Assembly (NCBI GenBank): GCA_020891255.1
Contig: BQFW01000007.1
Location: forward strand, 1,984,001 to 2,048,000
DNA: 64,000 bases
Direction of reading: 5' to 3'
DNA from: Entomortierella parvispora E1425
Taxonomy: Eukaryota > Fungi > Mortierellomycota
In this document: positions 9,477 to 23,011 of the stretch, piece after piece
How the letters are laid out: each line of letters starts with the position of its first letter
Position numbering within the stretch: the stretch's first letter is position 1
Translations under genes and position numbers: made by a program
The notes under the pieces: generated by a model
What the model was told of the DNA's origin: nothing
Database searches by the model: none
The model's input: only the letters and a program-made list of their open reading frames with translations

Positions 9477-12400
9477 ATGGCATCAACTCCAGACCTCGAC
9501 AAGAAGCTCAAGCCCATCTACGGTACTCTCCTCATTCGACTTGGACCATGGACCTGGATCGACGAGAAGGCATGCAACAAGGAAATGGGAACACTCAAGC
9601 CAATACCGTTGCATTCAAACTTTCCCTCAATAACATAGATGTAATGGAAGTTGGCAACTACAGGGAGGGTATTCAGCTCTGTAACAAGGCCCTCAAGAAG
9701 CAACCTGACCTCCATATCGCCAAGGTAAGGTCTATTACAACGGAGTTATCCACTTCAGCTAGCATCGCGACACTGGCATCACTGCACTGATAACCAGGCA
9801 CAAATTGACAATGCCACACCCATTATCTTTCTAGGCTCTGAAAGCACTAGCCCTGGAACGCTCTGGAAAGATGAACGAGGCCTTGCTGCTATGCGAAGAG
9901 CTTCAGTGGGCAAAACCAACAGACGAAAGCACCTTAAGAACCCTCTCTATGGTTTACCGATCTGCTGGAAAATGTAAGAGAACCTGACTTGGTTGCCCCA
10001 TCAGAAAGTCCCAGCTACCATCGTTAATAGGATGTCACTTACAAGATGCCACGTCTACTCTTTTTCAAACACTAGACGAGCCTATGATCAAACTTTATGC
10101 AAACGCATCGAAGGCGAACCCCATGAACGAAAACTTGGCGACGCAGTGGTTTATGTCCTTGGCACGCATGCTGGACTTCAAGGGTCAGCAGATGGTAAAT
10201 CAAAGGATAACATTCGATCCACTTCAATCTGGAAGCATTGCTCAGGGATATGTTATCTCACCTTTTTATTTTCTCATATAGGTTGCACTTCAGCTCAACA
10301 AGAACTTTAAGAAGACCAACTATATGTTCTGGGCCATTATGAGCATCACACTTCAGGTAGCAAACAATTCCCTGATGAGTCTTTGTTGGATATGGTAACT
10401 GCGATCTGCCTGAAGCTTACCACTCTGTACTTGATGAACTTGTGAATGATAGGGTCAGAATGTACCTGCCAACCAGCCTAATGTCATGTACCGTTTGGCT
10501 GAAGGAATGATGTCCAAGCTAAACGCAGAAGGAAAGGTCCAAACCATTGAAGGTACAGGATCAGATGTCCAAAAAACACCTTTTTTTTATGCCGTGTTTC
10601 TATTGTCGAGTTACTCATCGCATCGTCCTGCTTTAGAATTGCAACTCTACTTGATCGTTTTGTTGGGTCAAAAGGATAGATACGCGGACGCCCTTGCCCT
10701 CCTTGAGGGCGACATTGGCAAAAAGACAAAGGCGATAGAGAATGTTGAACTTCGTCATTTGCGAATTGAGCTCCTCATCAAAACTGGACGCTGGCAGGAT
10801 GCTCGCGATGCCACAAAGCAAATCCTCCAGAATGTCAAGTATGAATCTAGTTCTTTTTTTTTTTGAGAAGGGGAGGCGGAGAGGGAGGAGAGTACCAACA
10901 ACACAATATTCATAAGCTAATCCTTCCTGTATGCTGTGTCATATAGCTCTGACGACTGGCGAACGATTATCCAGTACTTTGACACTATTTTCCTGCCTGT
11001 TCAAGATGCGGACCTGAAGGACTCTGACAATTTGGCTGAGGCTCGGGCATTCACAACAGAACAGGTTCAAAATGAGACCAAGAACCCCAAGCGCGGACCA
11101 TTCCTGGCTCAAATTGAACTGGAGAAGCGAGTCCAGGAAAAGATTGGTAGGCTATCAAGATGGCAGGGACCCCATCATTTTTTAATAATCAGAGACTAAC
11201 CCACTATCCATTCTGCAACAAAAATCAAGGAGACAACAAGGCCAAGATGCTTGACCTTTTGGTGGCATATGTCGACAAATTCGGATCCAAGACTTGCTGC
11301 TTTGAAGATCTCTCTGGATATATTGCGAACCTTTGCAGCGAGGATGCATCCGAGTTCTGCCAGAGATTGCGAGAGAACCATGGAGAGAAGTCTGGGACTG
11401 TCAAGGAGATCTGTATCCAGATCAACATTGTTCGGTTCGAAAGGTTCACTGGGCAGCATTCAAAGTTTTCGTCCACTCAGTCAATGGCCCTTGTCAACAA
11501 GTTTTGGAAATTGTATGAAGATGCTCTGCCCTTTGGTAAGTGAGATTGCTCATATCGATCGTGTGACAAGCTATTCTCCCAGATCACATAGGCTGATCTT
11601 TTTTTTTTTGTTTGTAGGTAAGGATTTGGAGCAAACGGAACGCCAATATGGAGACGACTATTCCATCATGGCTGCTCATTTGTTGATTGACATTCACAAA
11701 GATACAAGTAAGGACGATATATTCATCATACTGAATCATACAAGTTGGGTTTGGCTTCTTAATGACTGATCTCTCCATCTCCCTCTCTCGCTATAATTTT
11801 CCATGACAGAATCATACTTCCCATTGCTCAGTGCTGTCTTTATTCTGGAACACGCATTGGATGCAAGCAAACACAACTATCAGATGAAGCTCGTCTTGAT
11901 CCGAGTGTATGAGCTCTTGGGTACGCTGATTCACCATTGATGCCTTTGGTCTTATTGAAGACTTGGTTCTGATAATAATTTCTTTTTTCTCTATACAGGC
12001 GCCTTCACTTGTGCCACTGGACTTTACAGTACTATGGGAATCAAGCATGTACAGCACGATACTCTTTCCCATTTCATTACGGATCGTGCCTCCAGCTTTG
12101 GATTGTTTGATGAGGCTCTTAGACAGTTGTATAGCGCACACGAGATTTATCATAGTAACGAGGCTGAGGTAAAACGACATGCACACGAATGACATTTTAC
12201 GTTAGAATTATGGACCTCTGTACTAATAGCTCAGTCATGATGGGCAATATGTAATAGACGCCAGAGATGATTTTGCAAGCTTACAAGTACTCCACGTTCT
12301 CCAAGGTACAGACGCAGAAATGGTGGAGGAAACGAATGAAATGCCTATCAGGGACACGTATTCTTAATATCCTTGTTTCATATTAACCGTTAGATGCAAG

Positions 12401-13387
12401 AGTTTATCGAATTCCAGTCCAGGTTGGAGAACTCTCTTCAAAAAATGATTGCAGACAGGGAGATGATCCGTTTGGAGTTTTTGAAGGAGGACTCCGTTAG
12501 CCGTGCTGTGAGCTGGCTGCAGGAATTGGAAATCACCAACTTGAAATACGATGGCAAGTCCTTGCTCCATGGATGGTCTGAGCCATCTCGTTCTTCTCTA
12601 ACTCGTTCTTAATTTTTTTTTTAATGAAAATAATAGACCAATTCGCAGAATCGAGGATAGACAACCGCGATACCACCGTGATGTTGAACTGGAATCCCAA
12701 AGACTCTCCATCTGTTGAGGCCTTGACTCGCCCCGCCAGTCAATTGAACCGTATTTGGATGACTCTTTTCACGCTTGTGCCTAGAATCCTGAAGCATATG
12801 GCTCACCTTCACCCCATTGATGCCGAGTATGAGAAGTTGATGGCAGCCTTGGAAAAGTTGACCACTTCCGACTTGAGTGGAGCTTTGACTGAGGAGGAAG
12901 CCAAGCTGGCCAAGATTCTCTTCCACGCTGCAAAGGCATTCCAAAGACTCTCGGTCGCGATTGCGGATCATAACAGCAACAGTGCCTCAAAGGAGGAGCC
13001 TGCTAAGACTGCTGCCGCTGTCAAGGAACAATTGGTGGCAGCTGGTGCTTTGTTGAAGCGTGAGTCTGTCAAGTCGACAGGAGTCTTGCCCTGGCATACT
13101 TTCCATGAGCTGACGATGACTGTTGAGACAGTCGCTTACCTGAATGTGGTGAACCACTGTTTGCAAAACTTGATCGCCACCAAGGCCGCCAAGAAGGCAA
13201 CGTTCAAGGCAACGGGCTCTGTGATCCAGGACTTTATGGCTCAATGCCGCCAGGCTCTTCAGTCTGTGCAAACCGATATCACAGCACTGCGAAACGTTGT
13301 CAGACCTGACCGTATCCGCTCAGGTCTGTTATACGAAATCTGTGATGGATCCGCGGTTGATTTCATCCGCTCGCCTGTAAGCTTTTC

Positions 13388-13419
<32 letters not shown>

Positions 13420-13605
13420 GTGTGTGTATGTGGTTTGATGTTCATTGAACCAGATTGACTGACTTTACTCTTGTTTTTTTTGTCGTCCTCTTTCACTTTT
13501 TAGTCACACCAAGCGCTCATTGAAGAGAAGACGCTGAAGATTGGAACCAGCTGGATGAACAGTCTTATCAACTTGCAGCAAGAATCCATCTCTAGAATCG
13601 TTTAG
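9477..13605 (+). CDS. MDM20: N-terminal acetyltransferase B auxiliary subunit (NAA25/MDM20), multi-exon
   Basis: The N-terminal TPR region starts MASTPDLDKKLKPIY, and further exons carry RGPFLAQIELEKR, FGSKTCCFEDL, RQYGDDY and NYQMKLVLIRVYELLG, typical of the NatB_MDM20 family. Stop TAG at 13603-13605. Confidence 0.88.
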
Positions 13606-13819
13606 AAGAAAGAAGAAAAAAAAGTAGAATATCATTATTAAAATGAAAGCGCGGGAGAGACATATCAATGTGTATCTCAGTGTTGTTGGATGGATTAGGA
13701 CCTCGAGAGCACATCGTCTCCCCGTAGACTGAATTAGGTTAGAATGGCAACTGTTGTGTTGTCCCATGCGTTTATTGGTATTTATCCAGTATGTTCATCA
13801 CGGTTCTCCCCTTTCTGCT

Positions 13820-16800
13820 TTAGTTCAACTCAACAGAGCGTCCAATCTCCATCCGGCAAATCTCCTTGAAGATGTTGGTGATCCTCTCGTCCACAGCAGC
13901 ATCGCCATCGCCCGAGAATACGATCGCCTCCAAGGTGTTGGAGAAGCTAGTGACCTCTTTGCTATACCGACGACCCAACTCCAAGAACCAGCCCAGTCCA
14001 ATCTCCCACCAGCGACTCGATTCCAAGCTCTCCCCAGACGCCTCAATGGCCTGGAGCTGAGATTGGAGCACACTGACAAACTTTTGGTACAGGGTCAAGA
14101 ACACCTCCTTTTGCTCTCTGTTCACAATCGACAGGGTGTTCTGGACACCCTCGACAACCTCTGCTGTTTGTGTTGGTGGGTCAGCTATAAAAAATAAAAA
14201 TAAAAAGTGGTTAGAACTACTACCCTCCTCCCCCGGTCTTCAAGGCGCTGACATTTTTCGTATTGTCTCTTGGATGCTTACCCTCAAATTCCTTGCGGAC
14301 CTCATCCAACTTGTCCTTGACCTGAGCGACTCTGGAAATGACCTTGTTGAGCGTATTCTTGAGAATATCCCAGACAAAGCTCCGGTGCCATTCTTTCTGC
14401 CAGACCTCGGGCTCAAAGACCCAGTTCACGATCGCGATCGCGTCCACGACCCTGTAGTTCAACATCTTGTCCAAGAGAATACCCATGAACTGGGTGTTGT
14501 TCCTCCAGAATTGGGCCACAATCTTGACCGTGTGCAGCTTGGCCTCTGGGGTCGAGTTCAGTCTTTGAAGGATCGAGAGGTAACGCTCAATCACGTTCAA
14601 CACGTGCGAGAACGACTTGGATCCCAACATGAGCACACACTCTGTAAACAGTTCGCGGATGAAATCGTCGCGCTGTGTGGGCGTCAAATCCTCCAAACGG
14701 GGTGCGTTCTTCATACTCTCCAATGTTTGCTCAATCATCTCGATCGAGTTTTTGGCGCGGAGAGAGTTCAACACTGCGGATGCCATGGCGTGGTATGGAT
14801 GATCTACAAATAATAATAATGATAAAAAAAAGATTAGTATGTTGGACAAGTGTTCATACAAGGGTCCCAAAGCAAATTTCATCCATACCAGGTGACTCGA
14901 ACTTCCATGATGGTCCTGGTGCCTCTGCTGGCAAGAACTTTTGGAATTCATCGGGCAATGCCTCCTTGATACGTTCATAGTACGAAAGTCTAATAGTCTT
15001 CTCCAAGGTCTCGCGGATGAATACTGACTGGGCATGATCATCGGGGAGCTCCAAAACGCCGGACCTAGATGAGGCAAAGTAACATATTAGGTCAACATCC
15101 CCTCTGTGGCTTTTTTTTTCCATTCCATGACTCCAAAACATTGAAAAGGGAAGGGATGGTTCTTACCACTCGCTCCAGTTCCACAGGTAGCCGAAATTAC
15201 TCAAATGGTGACTGAGCCAAGTCCAGAATCTATAGGCACACTCCACATCCATTGAGGGAAGTCTCTCGTACAACTTTGAGATTGCCTTTGCCAACGCTGT
15301 TGGGAACGAGTCAGGGAAAGACTTGCAGATCTCCACCAAAAGAGAAGAGTAGTAGACAGTCTTGAACTCTGGCTTGGGCAGTCTGAACATCTCTGTGAAG
15401 ATGACTTCGGCCATCAATTGATCCACCGACCATCCAGCTCCTGCAGAGGCTTGTGCCTCGGCTTCCTCTCCCTTGACAGGGGCGAGGGCAGTTGGAACAC
15501 TCGAATCCGAGAAAGTACCAATGACATATGAGTACTGAACCATAAAAAGATATTTGGCGCACTCCTTGCGGTTAATCTCAAACAGGCAGAGCACGTCCGT
15601 CAAATTGTCGTGCACGATAAAGTGAAAGATAGAGTATGGGTCTGGCAAGGCGTTGACCATATCGCCTTCGTCGCCCAGGAAAATCCTGAAGAGAGGTGCT
15701 GACATGTAGTACGTTGTAGAGTCGGTATGGGTGGGGAAGGCGAATTCTGGCAATTCGTGCTGAGATGCCATTCCAAGGGCAGCGTCAAAGGTCTGGCTGG
15801 GCCTGATCAAAATTGGCACTTCCCACTCATCCTTTTGCAAATTTTGGATCTGCTTCCACAAGAGAGTCAAGGGCTAATGGCAAAATAAACAACGTAGGTC
15901 AGAATAAAAAACAAAAACTAAAAAAAGGGAAGAGATGTCAGTAAGTTTACAAACTTACCTCTTCCTGGACATAAGGACACTGATCATCCTTAAACACCTT
16001 GGTGATCTCAAACCCTTCAATTCCTTCACCCTCTTCTCTTGCAATCATGTACTCCTCGACTCTCTCCAAGATTTTATCAAAGTCGTGAGGGTTGCGGTCA
16101 TGCATATCGGCAGCGCACCATGGCAATGTGGCAAGGACCATGAACACAGCACAGTCAGCACGCGCCTAAACGAGTTAACAATATCTGGAGTCAGTGATGG
16201 CATTCTTAATAAAAAGAAGGCTGCCTTAAGCTGGCGCACGACGTATCATTACCCTCATAACAGTTGGCTCTTCCAAGACGGCGAGAAACTGGTTCATAAC
16301 GTTAAGCAGGGTCGTGGGCAGGATGACGTTTGAGTTCACGAGCTCCGCAAAGAACCGCATCAACAACTTGACATTTCTCCATTGGCATGTCTCCAAAGAC
16401 TCCCGAAGAAGTTCTGATGCCATAGTGACGATGGTCAATCCAGTTTCGACATTTTTGGCGTTAAGAAGTCCAGTCAATGTTCCGTAGATGGCAGACTTCA
16501 TAGGAAGCTCCAAGATACTAATATCAAGCGATTTTGCGTGGTCAGACTGTGTTTTGATCTCGAATAAGACAAGATGCATGACTGCATGTTTGCATAGGCA
16601 GTTCATCTTACCAGGCTTTAAGAGATTTCAGGATGGTGGCAGAGTGTTTGGCGTAGTCATTGTCCAAGATTCCAGCAAGAGTGTTCAGGTTGGTCTCCAA
16701 TGTTGATGTGATCTAAGAGGGAGGCGATGCAAACAGCAATGAGAATCAAATCTTGAGACCGTTTACGCCTTTTCTTTTCTTCTGCTGTGTGCGCACGAGA

Positions 16801-17328
16801 AGTCAATGTCCTGTACCTTGTCACCAACTCGAATGATGAGTCCTCCAAGACGCTTCTCAATATCTCCGACTTCGTCTACGACGCGCTCCTGCTCACGATG
16901 GTCGTTTCTAGGCTTGTCATAGGGTCTTCCTCTGCGTCCACCTATGATCGAGAGATTGTAGTATTGATGAATACAAGCGATCAGCAGTTGCAGTAGGTAA
17001 ATCTTCCAGAAAGTTCGTATCACGCGATAGCTCACCATGACGATCATTGTTGTTATAACGACCTCCTCCACCACCGCCTCCGCCGCCACCACCTATATGA
17101 TGATAAGAGTAAAGTCGGGTTGGTTGTGAGTATACGAGCCTCTGCTTGTCGTCCTTATGAAGGCCCACTGTCCAACATGAGGACCCAGGGGGCGACATTG
17201 ACGCGCTTGACTGAGCAATGCAACTCTTGGGGCAGAATGCGCTCTCTACCTTGGTAGTAGCCTCCTCTGCTTCTGTCAGGTCCGCCTCCTCCACCTCCGC
17301 CGTGTCCACTGTTGCGTCTATAGTCCAT
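13820..17328 (-). CDS. NCBP1: Nuclear cap-binding complex large subunit CBP80/NCBP1 (MIF4G domains), multi-exon
   Basis: Gly/Arg-rich N-terminus, RLGGLIIRVGDK, ELPMKSAIYGTLTGLLN, WRNVKLLMRFFAELVN, FWTWLSHHLSNFGYLWNW, IRLSYYERIK and FWRNNTQF. Confidence 0.93.
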
Positions 17329-17454
17329 GCTGTGTTGTGATGTCCTTCCTGTCCTGTCGTAGTGATGGGGAATGGAACAGATGTGTGTTTGAAGTGGTGT
17401 TTATTTGATTATGACAGTCACTTATTATACATCACGTGATTATACTCGATTTGA

Positions 17455-18678
17455 TCAAGCGCGTAGCCCAGAGATCCAATGGGGTTTTCGTGCAGCGATA
17501 AAGTGTCGCTGTTCCATCATCCCCAAGTCCTCACCGCGGAGACTCATCTCCGCACCGGATCTATTGACCGACGAATCCTTAGAGTCGGAGCTTTCTAGGG
17601 GCACAAGGCCAGCGCCTTGGATGAGGAGCCGGACTTCTTCGAGATTGTAGAGTCGCTCCTGATAGAATTGGTCCCGGATCACACCTTGGTTCGTCATCAT
17701 CACGACCTCGCGACTCACCAACCGCTTTTTGTCTTTCGTCATCCATCGTTCTCGACAGACGATCATGGAATCGTCTACCCATTCCCATCCTCGGGGCGAA
17801 TAGTTCTCTCTCAGATACTCTCCATCCACGAGGTCCAGGACGACGATCCCTCCAGGTTTAAGGATACGAAGAATCTCTTTCATAACAATCTCGTCCTCTT
17901 GATCGTTGGCAAAGTACCCAAAAGAATTCCCCATGACAATAACCAAGTCAAAGGTCGAGTCGTCAAATGTGGTCGAGCGACAGTCACCCACAGAGAATTG
18001 TGCTCTCTGTGAGACCGGTCTGGAGGACTGCTGTGGATGGACCGCGGAAATTCCAGCGTGGGAAGATTGAGGAGCGTCTGCAGCCAGAGCACGACTCTGT
18101 GCAAGGGTGATCAAATACTTGGATTGATCCACACCACTGAGGGACAGGTTTGGATAGAGCTCCGCCAATTGGAGGACATGGCGCCCTTGACCACAGCAAA
18201 GATCAAGTGCCCGGATGGCAGAGACAGGAATGGTGCTCTCGGGCACCGCTTCAACGTTGGACGAGTTCAAGATCGACTGAACCGCGGGAATATTTTCCAG
18301 CATGCGGATCTCATGCAACGTAATTTCTGGGTCCTCGACGACATCACCATCCGTCTGGAGGTACAAGTTGTCTGCAAAGACGGTTTTCCACCAGGTGTCC
18401 GAGACCATGGCTTCGGGGTTCTTGACGCGTCCATGGCAAACAGTCACCTTGTGAACAGGTCGCTGATGTTGAGACGATTGTATCGGGAGAGCTGCACCAT
18501 CTCGTTCTGATTCCTCAGAATCGTCCGACACTGTTGGCGAAGGCAGGGGGACAACCATGACCGGCCCCTGAAGCGAATGCGTACTGACAAGCTTATCCTG
18601 CTGTTCCAAAGAAGCCATCGGTCGGTCCAGGCCCACGGCTGACAAAAGCTGTCCTTGAGAAGGTTGAATCGGTGGCAT
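17455..18678 (-). CDS. Intronless class I SAM-dependent methyltransferase (~407 aa), prokaryote-like
   Basis: ATG at 18678. Motif I LDLCCGQGRH, GVDQS, GDCR, MGNSFGYF and RILKPGG. Also WWKTVF..LYLQTDGDVVED and RDQFYQERLY. Confidence 0.88.
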   Translation of the reverse strand: MPPIQPSQGQLLSAVGLDRPMASLEQQDKLVSTHSLQGPVMVVPLPSPTVSDDSEESERDGAALPIQSSQHQRPVHKVTVCHGRVKNPEAMVSDTWWKTVFADNLYLQTDGDVVEDPEITLHEIRMLENIPAVQSILNSSNVEAVPESTIPVSAIRALDLCCGQGRHVLQLAELYPNLSLSGVDQSKYLITLAQSRALAADAPQSSHAGISAVHPQQSSRPVSQRAQFSVGDCRSTTFDDSTFDLVIVMGNSFGYFANDQEDEIVMKEILRILKPGGIVVLDLVDGEYLRENYSPRGWEWVDDSMIVCRERWMTKDKKRLVSREVVMMTNQGVIRDQFYQERLYNLEEVRLLIQGAGLVPLESSDSKDSSVNRSGAEMSLRGEDLGMMEQRHFIAARKPHWISGLRA

Positions 18679-19509
18679 GGCTTGATAGAGTATTAGCTGG
18701 GAAAGTCTTGAGGATAGGGTAGAAGGTAAGCAAGGAGATAAGGGATAGAGAAAAGAAGAAACAAAAAGAGAAAAAGAGAAAAAGAGAAAAAGAGAAAATA
18801 CAAATCTGCGCACTGAGTGAGGTATTTACAAGTGCAAACACAGAAGGCGCAAGAAAGCGCCGGTGAGGTTTAGTAGAAAAGAGAAAGAAGAGGAGGTCGA
18901 AAAGAAAGACCAGTGCAATGGCTGCCGCAGGTTGTGCGTTGTGAGTCTGTAATCTGTATCACTGAAGAGTGTAGTCAAAGCGTCCGATCGATGCGATGAC
19001 TGGAGCTGCGTTTTGCGGCCCAACCCCCTGTTCTTCCTGCCTGGCCAACAAGGGGCAAAGTGCGTGCAGGAGATTCAGGAGACAAAAAGGCCCAATGCTT
19101 CTCTGGTTGAACCACAATCCACAATCCACAATCACCTTGGGTTCAGCGAACGTGAGAATGCATCAGGCGCACGTTCGCGACACGCGTTGTGTTTTCATGA
19201 CTGTCGACCGACATGTCACTGCCAAAAAAAAAAACGTCAAAACGAGCCGGGTCACATGACCAATGCGCGATTTTTTTTTTTCTTCCCTCTTTTGACATTC
19301 TTTTTTTGAATGAGAGACAGAGAGTGTCAGGGATGGGATGAGAGGATGGGAAGGAAGGGACACACCATGGCCTGAAGGGTGCCCTTCTCGTCTCTTCTCT
19401 TCTCTTCCCTGCTGCTCTGCTCTGCTCTGCTCTGTACGCTCCGCTCTTGGCCATCTCATCTTCTTCATCTCCTTTCTTTCGTCTCATCGCCGCCCTGTTC
19501 CCTACTTCC

Positions 19510-19602
19510 CTCTCTCTCTCTCTCTCTCTCTCTTCCTCTCTCTCTCTCTCTCTCTTCCTCTCTCTCCCCTTCCCTCCTTCCCTCCTTCCTTCCTTCCTTC
19601 CT
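19510..19602. repeat. (CT)n/(CCTT)n microsatellite in the 5' leader of the His-rich gene
   Basis: Direct reading of the sequence. Confidence 0.9.
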
Positions 19603-19633
19603 CCACGATTGTCCTGCCTGCCTCGGTCCAGTC

Positions 19634-22600
19634 ATGGAACCCTTGCCTGCAAGACACGAGCCCAACCCGTCCTCCTCCCGATCCTCTCCACAACAGCCCC
19701 CGACAGACCCTCGAATCACTCCTTCACCCCCTCATTCACCCAAGAGCTCCCAAACACCTACCCATGACAGTCCTCAAGGCAACCTCCAGCCCCCCCATGA
19801 GTTCTCGTCTCCACGGCCACCGTTCGAGAACCGGGGCAGCCTTGATACCCTGGCTGCAGCAGCCTTGAAACCCCTGTCTGACCCCTTTCATCAGGGCCAG
19901 CAGAATCAAGGCCAAAGCCATGGCCAGAACGACAATAAGCGCCCTTCCCCTCCTCCTCCCCGCCGTCAACGGTCTACCTCCCCTGCCCAAGTACAGCTTA
20001 CCAGTTATGCTCGTCATACCCACTCCAGCCTCAACAATCATCGCCACTCTCCTTCTAGTGTCCGGTCAAGGCCGTTGGATTTTGCCACCAGCGACCCCAA
20101 ATCAACCCAAAGTCGCAGCCGCAGCACTTCACCCTCGACCAAACCGCAACTTCACTCAGATCAGCACCCAACGCACAAGGCACTACCATCATTCCAGGAG
20201 CTTTCCAATGGCCGTAGAGGCGATAGCTCTCCAGGTCGACACCATTACAGGGACCGCAGCTACCAGCCATCCGACGAAGACTCTGAGGAAAATCCCTCCA
20301 CAAATCCTCGCTCTGGGGATCACCCAGTGCGGATGCGTGGTCCAGGGGATCTGGTCCCGTCAGCGACACCTCTTTCACAGCCAAATCAGGACAAAGGTTA
20401 CAAGGTACAGACTTGTGTTTGTGGCCAAAGAGGCAGTGTATCCGTGTTCATGTACTGACCTGTGTTTGCGCTATTTGTCTTCCGTTTCCCTCTCTTGGGT
20501 GAGCACAGTCCAGCGCAAGATCCACGATGTCCATCTCGTCGCTACTCGGTACGTCTAAAAAAAGGATTCCCGGGATCGGGCAATATTTCGATCCCCCCAA
20601 CCTCCAATGTCTTAGCGATGTCCTTCTTACTCACCAATGCCGCTTCCTTCTTTCCTTTGCTAGGCGATTCGCCTTCAGCTGGCATGGAAAGCAGGCCTGA
20701 AGGGTCCAGTTCGACTCTTGGCGGTCGCACCGGGGAATCCCTTCCCTCTTATTCTGCGGCGGACAAACAATCGAAATTCTCGACGTCAATGGAGCAGGAT
20801 GGCGTTGTCCATGAAAGTGGTAGGCGAACAAAATTGAATTCCAATGACTCAGGAACCCCACGAAAGATGTGGATATTGACCCGATGGCGTACTGTTATAG
20901 AATATGAGAAATCAAACGGCTACTCGAAGGAAAGTCAAGAGGAACAAACAAAACGGGCTCAGATGCATCGCCATAGTCGTCATCACGCGCCAGACGCGAC
21001 TCCAGAAGTTGCACCAGATATGAGAGATGCGGCTTACCGCAAGTACTATTACCATGAGCAACGAGAGGATGAAAGAAAGGAGGCTACGCAAGAACGTGAA
21101 GAGCAACTGGTCGAAGAACGAGAGGCGACTGAGGAACATGATCGAGAGAAACGTGAGGACAGTATGTTGTCAGAGAGAACTGCGCACTCTGAACGCCACC
21201 AACATCGCCATCATCATCATCACCATGGCCACGGGCCTGTACATCACTCGGCTCCCTTGGTGCCTGCTCCACCACATATTCATGCGCACGGTCATCATCA
21301 CCACCATGCTCAATCACACATACTTCACCAGCACCAACACCAGTACCAGCATCGCCTCAAGTATGGTGCTCCTCAACATCATCACCACCACCAGCACCAT
21401 CACCATAAGCACCAAGTGGGCACCCCGCCTACAGGGAAGACTTCTGCCTTCTCATATGTTCCAAAGGCTCTTGGGCTGGTAGGTTTTCATTTATAAACAC
21501 TATTGCTCCGTCGATTTAGATGAATTCTGACACTGATACTCCTATTTATATTTTCCTTAGAGTCTGAACCCTCGCCTCAAAGTGAATGCCACTCAAGTTT
21601 ATATCTCGTACCTTATCCAACTTGATCAAATGGTAGGACTTGTTCTCTGCATCTTTTCTAATTTTTTTTTTTCTTTCTTTCGAATATTTGCTAATACTAT
21701 AATTTTGACTACCCATAGCAACGAGCACAGCATCTCATGCGATCTTCTGAAAAAAGAAAGTCAGTCCAGGAGCCTACAGAAAGCCAATTGGAGAACGGTG
21801 CCCCTCCACACAAGCAGCATCAAGGAGCGCACGTCCGCTCATTAAGTCTGAATGAAACAACCAAAGCTGCCCAGGTGGTCGCACGGCGTGAAACCGTTGG
21901 GCATGGAACTTGCGCGATGTCACCTGTATCGGAAGCAACAGCTCATCCTGCTCGCCGCCGTTCAAGGAGTATCGAATCTCCTGATATTGCCATTAGCAGT
22001 TCAGAAATTGGTGACAGAAGACTAAGCTGCGTTAGTCAATTACAAGAATCGGAGCCACCATCACCCCACACCCATGGACACATCCATACCCACGGGCATC
22101 CTGGGTACGTTCATTCTCTCGCGCACCATCACCATCATCACCCTCACCTGCACCCGTACCCACCTGTGCATGGCCATGGACATGCTCATGCACGTACCCA
22201 CGCCCACGCCCACCTGCATCCACACCCGCACCCGTACCCGCACCTGCACACTCACCCTCATCCTCACACCGCGCCTGTTCTGCCAGCACACGTTCATCCG
22301 GCGCAGCATCACCACCACATCATCCCAACAAAATCAGAGACAGGCTCGCCTGGTTCGCCTTCGAGGGGAAGCACTTCACCTATAGTGCATAGACATCATG
22401 GCGCACATCACCACCATCATCCTCACCACCACCCATATCACCCCAACCATCCCAACCACCAGCATCACTTTCACCACTACTCCCATCCCAACTCCCCACA
22501 TACCCATGGCCATGGTCGAGGCCTTGCTCACTCGCATTCCCATAATCACAGCCATACCCACGGTCGACACACTCACACACACAGTTTTGGGTCCAGTTCT

Positions 22601-22930
22601 CAATCGCATGTGTATGGCCATGCTTCTCACGCCCACAGCTCCCAGCCTGATGAAGGTGGCGCTGGTCAATCTCCGGCACTTGAGGACACCTCAATGTCAC
22701 CTCCCCTCCATCCCATTGCCGGTCCAGAAGGTCCTCCAGTGATTGAGATGACAGGAAGAACATCAGCATTCAAGGCTTCTCCTAGTTCTACTCCAAGAGA
22801 ACAGGGCTCCCCGCCATTGTCCTCACCCCGCGGCGATAGCCAAGATCCTTCTCGAGAGCAAGCCAATGGGATATCAGTATCGGTTCAGTCTCTGCCTCTT
22901 GATTCCCGACCTGATGTTAATGATAACTAA
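19634..22930 (+). CDS. His/Pro/Ser-rich intrinsically disordered protein, multi-exon, function unknown (possible transcriptional regulator)
   Basis: ATG at 19634. GT-AG introns join the exons in frame, including a 40-nt exon (20509-20548) encoding MSISSLL and an exon encoding SLNPRLKVNATQVYISYLIQLDQM. Long His tracts. Stop TAA at 22928-22930. Confidence 0.7.
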
Positions 22931-23011
22931 GAGGACAGGAGCACCGATCCCTTTTATTTTTTTACACGCACACCTTGTATTTATAGAAAAACAAGCGAAA
23001 TATAATATCAT

